From Podarcis gaigeae (lineage: Eukaryota), in the NCBI GenBank assembly GCA_964106915.2, contig OZ066924.1: a stretch of 64,000 nt of DNA; one strand, 5' to 3'. The translations under genes were made by a program, and so were the position numbers. This document shows, one piece after another, positions 39,401 to 51,400 of the stretch. Each line of letters begins with the position of its first letter. Position 1 is the first letter of the stretch. Below the pieces are notes generated by a model. That model did not search any database and was not told where the DNA came from. It was given only the letters and a program-made list of their open reading frames with translations.

Positions 39401-42400
39401 ACTATATTCTACAGTAATCTTTCGATACAAATGGTGGTGATGGTTAAGAGAGTTCATAGAAAATGAATTGAGGTATATGCCAATGTTTTAAATTAAAAGC
39501 AAAAGTAGCAAGGTCATCAAGATACCACAGTAAGCAGTATGACACAAAATTGTACAGTCGTACCTGTATAATAAATAAACCTGTATAACAGAATCTGTTC
39601 CGCAAGTCTGTTCAACTTCTGAAAACATTCGAAAACCAAGGTGAGGCTTCCTGCAGGAGCTTCCTGCACTCAATTGGAAGCCGCAGAAGCTGTGTCAGAC
39701 ATTCAGCTTCCCAAAAAAGTTGCAAACCAGAACATGTATTTCCGGGTTTGGGGGGTTTGAGAGCCAAGACATTCGAGTCACAAGGCGTTCAAGAACCAAG
39801 GTACGACTGTACTCTGGGCCCATAATACAAGGAACCACAGCAAAGAGCGTCCATTTGCAAGAACAGCTTTATCAGCGCACGTATAGCTTCAGTTATTGAT
39901 ACATGAAGATACAAGCACCATGATGCGTGACTGTAGCCAGTACAGTATGAAGAAGCAAATAAGGCCCTTACCTGTCCTCACCTTGGTTGACTGCATTTAA
40001 TTCTGCTACGTTGTACATAATAGAAGGTTCCAGTGACACCTTCTCCATGAACATTGGAGAGGTTGTGATATTCTGAATCTGAGCTTCCAAAAATACTTCA
40101 TCAGTCTAAAAGAGCAGAGAAAACGCCTAAATAAAAAAATAATCTCAACTGACAAAATGCTCCAGCATCTCAAGTGTTTGAAAAACATTAAACCACAAAC
40201 GCAGTTAGTTCATGCCTGAAAATCAAAAGTAACAGTCATTAAATGCGAGAAAAGTCTTTATCCCAACAGAGAGCAGTAGAAGCTAAAATGTTAGTCAACT
40301 GGAATAGTGCTGAACAATGGATTTGGGAAAACTTTGTCGTATTTTCCTATTCTAAGGTAGTGTCTATATGGCCTAAATGGGACTTGCAAGCTGAGCTCCA
40401 ACAGTCCACATCAATTCAGATTTTCTTTTAAAAGGAAAGAAATAACACTTTATAAATGTAAAATGAGTGCAATGCACAACAGACACATGCCATGCCAGAT
40501 TAATGATGCACCAGGCTGCATACAAAGAAAATATTGTTAATAGGTGTTTTTTTTAAGTGTATGAACTGTTACAGGGGTTTAGAGGCATGCTACACAAACT
40601 GTTCACATTGACCTAAGAACTGTTCTAGTCTCTGCTATAAACTTTCATAATGGCACAGAGCTTAATATTCTACTACCCCAACAACCTTATTTCTGGTTCT
40701 AAGACACCTACTGTCTTTCCCATCTCAATAATTAAAGAACTTGATGCAATTATCAACTGCATGTCCCTTAACCGGGGACATGGTACAAACGTGATCTGCT
40801 TAAATGTCTCTGCAAGATCTCAGTCCTGCAAAGCAGTGTGACGTATCTGGCAGTTCAAAGCTGCAATCAAAACCTGCTGACAATCAAAGGGATGCCTGCA
40901 GGGGAGGAACGATGGGAGCCAAAGGCTCCAACATCATACCTGATTACAGGTATGATGTGTAAAATGGAAAATCCCATCAAGAAAAAGGGGCATACTTGGT
41001 TTTTGTAACTGAAAACAGGATAGCCCCATACCTATTTTCCACTGTTTATCAAAAGTTGAGTTGGAACTGGATGTTGGCTGGTGGTGGCAAACTGTAAAAC
41101 AATTCCAGCCTCTCACATTCAATGTTGTTTGGAGGGCCATCAAAAGACAATGGGTGGGTCAGACATTCGCTTAGTTTTACAAGGTGGAGAAAGCCTCAGA
41201 CTCACATACTACTCCTTCCCTCTCCGGCAGCTTTCATTTCTGTTTTTGCAAACCTGGACCAACGGTCGTTGATTCTAACTATAGTTAGTGAAAGAAAGCC
41301 ACAATTTGTAAAGCTGGCTCATTTCAAACCACTGTAAGATTAGCCACAGTTTAGAATATTGTCTGATTCTTAAACAGTGGTTAATCTAAAACAGAATACT
41401 CCCTTTCAGGCTCTTTGCTGGGAGATCAGCAAACTTTTAGGTAAATTACCTATTAGACAAAATTCCTGGAGTCTGTTTGGCAGCGGAAAAATTCCTGTCA
41501 GTGGCTGAGAAGACCAGAAAGCAACAGGTGAATAAAGGTTTGATCTTTATTGTCCTAGAAATTGTCTTTCTGAGGTTATCATGTTATGCTGATGTCACCT
41601 AACACTATTAGATCTGTACTTTTGGTTAATTTTGGCCTATTATCTGTATTTAAAAAAAGGTAGTGCATGTTGTAAAATAGAAGCAGCAGCTTCTGGTCTT
41701 CTTAGATTAGAGGGAGGGGAGTATTATGTATTCAAGCAAAACACCAATGACAAATAAAATTCAGTTATCTTGCTTTTAATTTTTTTAAAAAACCTTAAGT
41801 ACTGGTACTATCGTGTATTCTAGCACTAGGGATTTAATATTTTTCTACTCTTCTGAAAGAATATCCCATAAATCCATTGCTTACATCTTGTGTTTTCCAA
41901 ATTTCCCATCAGTGTCTTTTAAAACAGCAACCACCAGAAATTTAGCAAGAGCCAAGTTGGGGGAAGAAAACAAAACCAAGCAGCATAATGAAAAAGCAAG
42001 GTAGCTTACAATGACGCAGGGGTTGATTAGTCTTACTCTCATGATTAGTCTCAATAGCATGATTTGATCACAGCGCTTCATAGCAAATTTCCTGGATTAT
42101 TATAGCACACACATTAAGATTTGAACTGCAATTACACCGTTAGAATCATTGCCACATGCATTCATAAATTTGAAAAGAGTTTTAATAAACATATAAAGAA
42201 AGATGTGAAATATCTTGTCTCTCTCCTCCCATCCAGTGTCTTCACAAAAACAGCAGATAACAGAAATGTTGCCATGATTTAATATGAAACAAGCCTACAT
42301 GCAAGGCTCTGTGTACTTTTATACCACCAAACACAAGAAACACTACCAGGTAAAGACCACTATTCCAAATAGTGAAAAATATATAAATTACGTAAGGAAA

Positions 42401-45400
42401 TTTGCACAACACATTGGAAGGAAAATAGGCACTAGCAGAATTTTGTGAAGTGCTATACTAGTCAATTAAATGATTTTTTTTAAAAATTGCTTTTGAGGGC
42501 CAAACCCTCAAGAATGGTCTTTCCACATATAAACCTACTTGGGACTCTTAAGATAACCCAAGGTCCTTCTCTGTGTGCTCCCATTTAAGAGATGCTAAGA
42601 TGGTAGCAATGAGATAACAGGTCTTTCCAATGGTAGCCACCAGCTTGTGCAACACTCTCCCCAAGGAAGCTTGCATTTGATCTAGTAGGCTCTTCACACG
42701 TCATTGGAGGAGAGAAGATATTCTTGTTTACAATAGACTATTGGTGGATGTACATGTCTAGCATGCAGTGTTGCCTTAATGGATACATTTGCTATGTATT
42801 TTATTTTGCTTTGGCTATAAGTAAACTTGAGACTTCCTTAGATGTGGAAGTGATGAACAAATCTAATACTAGGCTTGTGTAAGAGATTTTATAGCCACTG
42901 AATTTCATTTCACTTGTTCACATGACATTCTAGCCTGTACTGTAAAAGCCCTTCTGGGAATGAAAAATCTTTCTGCATACAGAAGGATAGATTGGCCTCC
43001 AACCCAATACCTTCAATTTAATGCAATTTCTTATACAACTTTAATTTTCTTTTTGCATAACTCATTCTGGCTTTGTGAATCATCAGACAGGCCCAGAACT
43101 ATTCCAGACCATGACACCCCACTCTAGTCACTCATGACAAATCACACTTTCAGCATCAGAGACAACAGACCTCTGAATATGAGTTGCTGAGGTTCACAGC
43201 TGGGAAAGTACTATCATGTTCATGTCCTACTTGGGGGCTTTTCATAGGAATCTGGCTGGGGACTGAGAGAACAGAACGCTGAACTTTGGTCTGGTCCAGC
43301 AGAGCTGTTCTTATGTAAATAAATAAAACAAATGTTTCACAAGATTTGCAGAAAACTGAATTTTTGCCCAATGAAACATGTTGTGCTCCCAACAGAAATT
43401 GCAACAAAAATAGCCCAGCCCATGTGCTTTTGTAGCCTCAACAGTACGCCTCTAGGAATATCATTGTTGCTCTGTGGTCAACAATTAATTTCCTAGTCAC
43501 AGTAGTTTACTGAAATATTTATTCAGTACAGAAGTCTGAACTGCAAAATACTGTTAAACAATGGATGCAAGGAGAGAGCTAGTATGGGGAGAAAGGGGAA
43601 ACAAGCCAATATCTATGTCTACAAACATTGCTTTTCCATTATGTTTTCCAAATAATGTTAGTAACAGGCAGAAAGACAAACAGAAGACAAGCATACATAT
43701 TTATAAATAATAAATAAAATTACCACAGAACTGAGGTCACTCTAATGGGAAAATAAAAAAGAAAACATTAGAGAAATTAGGGTTAAATGTTAAAGAAAAA
43801 AAGGAGGACAACTAAGTTTCAAATAAAATGCACCTTTCTGCATTTTTTTGGTACTTTCTAAACAAGACAGCATTAGTAAGAGAGAAATGTAAACTGGCAA
43901 TAAAAATGAAAGGCTCACTACTAAGAAATCTTATTTCGAAATAAGACCATGTCAGCATATGGTATAATGATGAAATAAATTATGTGAAATGGCAAACACA
44001 GGGAGTGCACAATGAACACAATGGTAAACCAGCACATGCTCACAGAAGAAGTCCATTACTTGGCTGAATACTTCCATATGGGGGGGAAAACTGAGGACCC
44101 GTTAATCTTACAAATATTCTATTAATGCACAATGTCTTAAATATGGGAAGGAAACCTGTTTACTGATGACTCTTGGGTTCTAAATTGAGCCAGTCTGCAT
44201 ATTAACTGCATGTATTTATACATCATCCTATAACAAAAGCTCCCATTGTAATAAGCTACAAGAAAATTGAAAGCACCATTGGAAAAGGACTAGTGCTAAA
44301 TGCACCTCCCAATGAATTACCTTTCTTCAAAAGCTTAATTCGGTACCATAACAACCTTTACATTTTTCAACCCCACCCCCACCCCCTTTATACTAGGTAT
44401 CTTTAAATATTGTTTGGCCAACAACTCAGGGAATTACCAACCCCATCACGGGCACAAGTGCACTTGAAGAGCATCTCTGTCAGAGGCACTGTGCCTTTAA
44501 GACCCAAAGGTCTTTCTATAATTCATCAAGTTGCACCTATCTTAGGATGGAAATGCAGTGATGGGGAAATCCGCACTCGCTGCATTACTGTCACACAGAC
44601 CTGACAAGTAATTCTACTCTGGCATATCACCTAGTATTAGCTTACTTAACATCAATAATGTCCGTTTTTAAATAAGGTAGCTGCCTTTTTGACTAAATCT
44701 GTACCACAAGTTTATCCAGTTGATAATGAAACATATGTTTTTAAAATAAATATGCAGCCACATTTTCCCCAAATGGTGATGGCAATGACAAATGGATAGA
44801 TTAAAGTGAGGAGGAGAGCAAGGTGTAGATTTGTACTCACCTGTTTTCCTCACCCTCGGCCCGGAAAGAGGGCAAGATCATTATATTTTTCCAAAGATGT
44901 ACTAGCTAGGCAGCCATTTTCTATAGCTGGCATACAGAAATTTTATGCCAGAATCATAGAACTGTACAGTTGGGCGGGAAACTGAGGGTTACCCAGTTCA
45001 ACTCCCTGCAATGCAGGAATCTCAACTAAAGCATCCCTGACAGAGGGCCGTCCAAGCTCTGCTTTAAAACCTCCAAGGAAGGAGAGTCCACCACTTTCTG
45101 AAGGACTCTGTTCCACTGTTAGCAGGCCCTTTGGGGTATTTTGTAGTTTCTTAGTAGCTTTTAACATACAACTTGGTTTATTATTTTTTAAAAAAATAAA
45201 ATACTGGAAGTACAGTTAAACAAATTCACTCCTTCACCTAGTTTTCAAACAATCCTTTCAGCTCTATTTTCCTAAGTTTATCTCCTCAGATTTTTGTCTT
45301 TTTCTATTTTGTGGCTATTCCAGCTAATAAAAAGTGTGTAAGTTCAAACTGCCAACACCTGTCAATTCTAAAAGACAAAAGATTAATATTATGTAGAAAG

Positions 45401-48400
45401 GAATAATTTAAAACTGCTTTGCCAGGTGAGAAAGTTCTGTTTATTTGTCACGGTTTAACAGAACAGATAATGAAATGGGCCTATTATATCTCAAATGGGA
45501 GATCTAGATCTATAATCCTGAAAAAGAACCACCATTTTAATTCCCAATATAACAAGTTTTCACTAAGAGCCTGTTCAGAATTTTGGACACCAAGCACTAA
45601 ATACAATACTCTGCATTTACCTCAGCATTGTAGAACTTTGTTTTCACATCTAGCGGTTTGAGGACCTGTTTGAAAAAAGAATAAATACTAAAGGGAGATT
45701 TATCAAACTCCTTCATCAACACTAAGTACTACCTGTTTCTGAGTAATTCAAAAGTAAAGTTATTAACTTGCGTCCATATAAGCAAACCCCAAAGTTTACT
45801 TCAGTGGAAGAACCCAGCTTCCTCATCCCACTTTTTCTTTCCTATGTCTACAGATGCTTCCACATTTTGATCAAGTAAAAGGATTTTACAGTAGCATGGC
45901 AAAAAACCTCTCCCACAAAAGTTATTTTTATACCAGAGTGCCATATAGGTCACGATCATACTCTTTAATATAATGATGCATTTCAAAATTAGCAGTTTTA
46001 ATTTCCACAAGCTTTAATTAAGAAATGCTGCTTTTTCCAAGCTTCTGTTGTTGGAAGGAAGTCAGCCAGTGGCAAATCAGCTGCAAACAATTACACTAAC
46101 AATTGCTGGCTAAGCTTTCTAATTAAAGGAGCAAAGCATATCAATTATCAGGTTTTATATACGCGACAAATAAATAAAATCTTTTCATTTGCATATCAGC
46201 GATTCTGGCCCTGAAATCAAGACAGACTGCAAATAGACTTAAATTATTCTTATTAAATAATTTGTTTGCATGCCACTTTAATGCAAGAGTTTCACCTTTA
46301 AATCATAGTGAAGTATATGGAAATACTTGTGCATGTTACTAAAAACAGAGGTGCTTTGCTCCTTCCCTGCTCCTCCCGGAAACAAGAGAGCAAGAGACGA
46401 GAGGAGCACCTGCAGTTTCAGAAGCAAGCAGTAGCACTCTGCACCTTCACCTCCGGAACCATGCTGAAATTTAGCTATGTTTTTAACAAGGGTCACCTGT
46501 GGAGTAGCTAGTGTTTAACTCTACGTTTGCTACCTGCCATATCTTCACGACTTTATGATTGGGCAACTATACCTTTGACAGATGTGGAACAGGCAGAAAT
46601 TCAGCAGATGCCACTACCTTCATCTCTGCAAGTTCATGCTAGGAAAACTTCATGTCTTCATTTTTTGCTCATTATGTAGCTGTTAAAAGGCACAGGAACC
46701 CCATATCCTTATGATACCCGATTCCTCTATGTACAGACACCTCACTCCTCAGAAGGTATTTTCTGTAATGCTGTTCTGGGGTTTCTACCCTAAAAGCCAA
46801 ACTTCCAAATCAAAACTCTTCACTTGGTTATTTTTAAAGTTACCAGGAGAGGACCCAGATAAGGTTCCCCACTTCTAAACTCCGTGAGGTATTGGCATCC
46901 CTGGTTTCTGCAACTTTACCCATATCTACCTACTTACCTACCATCATCCATTCATTCATTCTGGATTAATTCCAATCTGTCTCTGACTTGGCTTACAGAC
47001 AACTTGGTAGATGACCTATGATAAGGACTGGACTGACAGAGTATAGAATCAGTGGCTACTGAGTCTATTGACTTTCTGGGGTTCAACCTGGGAGACATGG
47101 TGCTACGATAGCTCTGGTCATTTCTAGAGGGATGGACCTAGAAGGTGCTGCTGGGGGGACTTCTGATTCACATTACGGTACTAGCCTCTCTTGCACTTCA
47201 CTTTGACGCTGATGCGAACTTGTACCGACAAACCCAACATTAAAAGAAACCTTAACAACAACTGCACCACCACCAAATTTGCCCCAGATAAATTCTGGGG
47301 AAAGTTGCAAGCATGGGCAGCATAGAAGAGACAGAGAGATAGAAAAGGGTTAGATATCTTCAATCACAGTCAACACTGCCAGCTATGTCAGCTTAATACC
47401 TGAAATTTGAAGAACTTTCTGAAGTACATCTTCTCACCTGTCTGTGTGGTGTAGCTTACCGCACACACTAAGCTGAAAGAGACAAATGATTCAGTGGGGT
47501 TTAATTAGTTTTCAGTCTTGCTTGTGTTTCCAGGTTTGGAGAATGGGGAGAATGGAGAAATGGAGCAAATGATGCAAATTTGCAATTCATCTCCTTTGGC
47601 ATTTTTATTTTTTTTTACAGAATGGGAAAAACTAAATTAAGTTTACAGATGGTTTTAGACTACCAGAAACATTTCTGTTAATGCAAGGCACCATTCCCCC
47701 CGGGACCAATTGCAGCCCTCTGTGCCATAATCTATACTGTTCCAGGAGTTCTCCATAGCTTTCGAAAGGCTTTTTTGGAGTGTGGGAGACACATCAGCAA
47801 GGAGCGATTGGCAACAAGCAGGTGTCCTGCCTTTGGCAAGCTACTGTTAGATACAACCCTATGAATTGGGGGTGGAAGTATAATGTGTCTTACATGTGCG
47901 TTCCTATTTCCTTTACTTCATGGTGTATTACATCATCGATACAACAGTCTTGTTTGAGTTCTGCCACTGCAGCACTAGAGGCTGAAAGGTTTAAACGCTG
48001 CGAACTTGTCTGTAGATCAGCCTTGGAATTAAGAACAAAAAAAAACTCTTCAATAAAAGAGAGGTTGAATTTTATTATTGAAAATAGTTTTTCATTGCTT
48101 TAACTGATTTTACATTCCATCTTCCCCAAGGCATTCATTGAAAATCTGGGCACAGTGCACTGAGAAGATGTGATGCCCGAGCATCCCAAAAGCTAACATG
48201 TACTCGTAATGTTCTCTTGCACGATTGTGGTTGTACAGTAGAACTTTCCGTTGGAATATACTTGGTAAGAAAAGTACAGAACAAACTTACTTTCAGACTG
48301 CCTCAAAAATATATAGCAAGCAAAAAGAATATGCCTTTATAATTTGCCCTGTTACCTTTAGATACATCCCTATTGTTTTTGTTCAAAGTTTCCTTCAACT

Positions 48401-51400
48401 AGAAAAACGTTAACTGATTAATTACCTTAACAACACACTTAAAACTACTTGATAAGAACAAACATACCTTTACCAAAATATCTTTTACCACTTGGTGACT
48501 GTCATTATGTACACTGATGTAGCTGGAAAATGTCTCTCCTAAGAATATATTTCTGTTCAAGAAGGGAGGAGAAAAGAGAACTGTTAAAACCATTGCTTTG
48601 AATAAATCTCTAAAATCTATTATTGCCACTTTTAAGAACAGCATGGACTTCTGTTATCGTATCATGAAAGCCATATTTATAGAGTTCCATTTTTGCATCT
48701 TCTAGCATTGATGTTATTGCATGCACATGGCTAAAAGCCTCTGAAGACAATCTTATGGTTTCAGTACTTAACATAGTGCCTAAGCACAGCAGAGTGTTGA
48801 CAAGAACAAACAAAATGAAAATAAGTAAGCTAGTCTGAGCTAACTAAGGCACACAGCATGGATGTTTATATGAGTACTTTGTGTAGATTTTAAAAGGGAA
48901 TTAGGCAGATTCGTGTGTGGAAGATAAGGATAACATGATGGCTATATGACACCTCCTGGTTCATAGGCAACGCCACTGCCTGGGGAATCAAGAGTGGGAA
49001 AGAATTATTGTCCTTACATTCTGCTTGCAGGCTTTCCATAGCTATCTGATCGGTCACTGTGGGAAAGAGGATGGTGGACTAGATAGGTTTAGTCAAAAGC
49101 AGAAGGGCTGTTCTTATATTCAAAATCAGGGTCTGGTAGTTGCTAGCTTTACTTTTAACTCACCACCTCTGTTTAACAGCAAATATCTCTTCATGCTTCA
49201 TCCAATGACTGTTTACTCAGAGGTACCACTGATTCAAAGTTAGAAACCATAATAGATGGCTTCCTAACCCTGTAACGCAAGAGGCCCTTGGAAACAGTTT
49301 GTGGCGTCCTTGTAGCGGAAGCAAAAGTCTTTGCAGCTGAGCAGGAAAAGAAATTTGATAAACTTGAGAAAGTGGAACAAGAGATACATGATGATCTGGA
49401 AGGAAGAGTTACAATGTTGCAGAAGATGAAGGAAGGCCAGAGGCCTGCTAGGAAGGACATCAAGGAAAATAAGAACTGGATGATGAAAATTTGGTTTGAA
49501 TTGGAGAATGAAGAATGGAGAGATCTCCCCATGAGGAGATCTGAAGACCTATGGATTACAAATTTGATCAAGATGGAAGTTGGAGCTTTTGGGACATTGG
49601 AACTCAAAAGGATTAAGAAACAAGATTTGAGCTCCACTTTTAAATATAGAGGTCTGGCCGGAAGAAAAATGGACATTATCGAGACAGAGCTTCTCCGAGA
49701 TTTGGGGTTTGATATAAAGGACTTTCAAAAAAACCGGCAAAGAGGAACTGGGAGAGAATTGAGAGCCTGGGATGTGAGATCTCCAGGCTGATAGCAGATA
49801 GACTGAAGGACATTGGGGATCGAAACCGGGAAAGGGGGGGGGGGAGTTTGGGAATCCAAAGGGTGTATAACTATATTCTGACTTTTTTGTTCTTTTTTTA
49901 TTTTGTTTAGTTATGATTATAAAAATGGGGAAATCATGGAAGGGAACAGGGGTCGACCTTAGAAAAAGATTTTAAGGTATAAAGACTGAGGTTTATAAGG
50001 TAAAATTGGATATACAATATGAATTAAATATAATAACGAGCTAACTATAATAAGGTCAAAAATTGGGGACAAGAACTTGTTGAACCAAATAAATGGAATG
50101 GGAATACAAGAAGGGGAGGTGTGGGGAAGTCTTGGAAATAGGTTATTGAAAATAAGGTTTAAACGGTCAATGCTTTTTAATTTTTCTTTTTCTCTTCTTT
50201 TTTGTTTGTTCTTTTTCTTCTCTATTTTCTGGATTTTTTGAAAATTTCAATAAATATGATTTTTTTTTAAAAAAGGAAACAGTTTGTGGCAGGGGGAAAT
50301 TAAGAATAATAATAGACTTTATCCATAGGAAGGACAAGGAAGATAGGCTTAGGCCACAGTCCTAAGAGCAAGGGTCAGCAACCTATTTCAGCCGTGGGCC
50401 GGTCCACTGTCCCTCAGACCATGTGGTGGGCCTGATTATTTTGTGGGGGGATGAACAAATTCCTATGCCCTACAAATAACCCAGAGATGCATTTTAAATA
50501 AAAGCACACATTGTACTCATATAAAAACACACTGATTCCCAGACCATCCGCAGGCCGGATTGAGTAGGCGATTGGGTCGCATCCGGCCCACGGACCTTAG
50601 GTTGCCTACCCCTGCCTAAGAGCATTCTAAGTTGGAAGCAAGTACAACTGAAACCGCTGGTATTTACAATATTAGGACAGTTCTGCACAGGACTAGAGAT
50701 CATAAAACAATTATCTCAACAAATCTACACATCTATATACAATTCTTACCCAAAATTCTGAGGCAAAGTCAACATTTCCCCAAGCATTAATGTTTCTGCT
50801 CCTTTTACTGTGGAAGGATCATCTTTCATTAACTGGTTAAACAGATCTCCTGCAGTAATATAAAATTATATGTCAGGTCAACTACCGTATATTGATATTT
50901 CTATATAAACTAATTAAATACTTTAATTGATTAGCCACTGGCTTTTAACTTATTATAATATATTTTCATTTGAACATATGATTGAAAATACATGTGAAGT
51001 GGCATTCCTGTTAGAAGGAAAGGACATTTAATCTTTTTGCCATACTAAATGGCAGAGTCCTAAACAAGCACCTCTAAGCAGTTTTGTAATATGTATAAAC
51101 AGCAGTTTAAACAGACTTTTTGTAGTTCCTTGAATTTTATTGTTTCTTTTTAAAAAAAACCAATAAAACATTCAACAGTAATTTATCTGCTATCTTTGGA
51201 AGGAAAAGCGACCCAGAAACTTCTTGGCAAACATTGGCTCCAGTTCTCATGAATTCTTGCAAGACCTGCTAGCTGAGAACTTCTGATTTTTGTTGTTGTT
51301 TTGAAAGGCTATCATTTCATGTCTCTCAGTTCTATGGGGTGTTACAGGGAAAGCATTCCATGTGGGCATACATGGCAATAAATGAAGCAATGCCAAAGAA

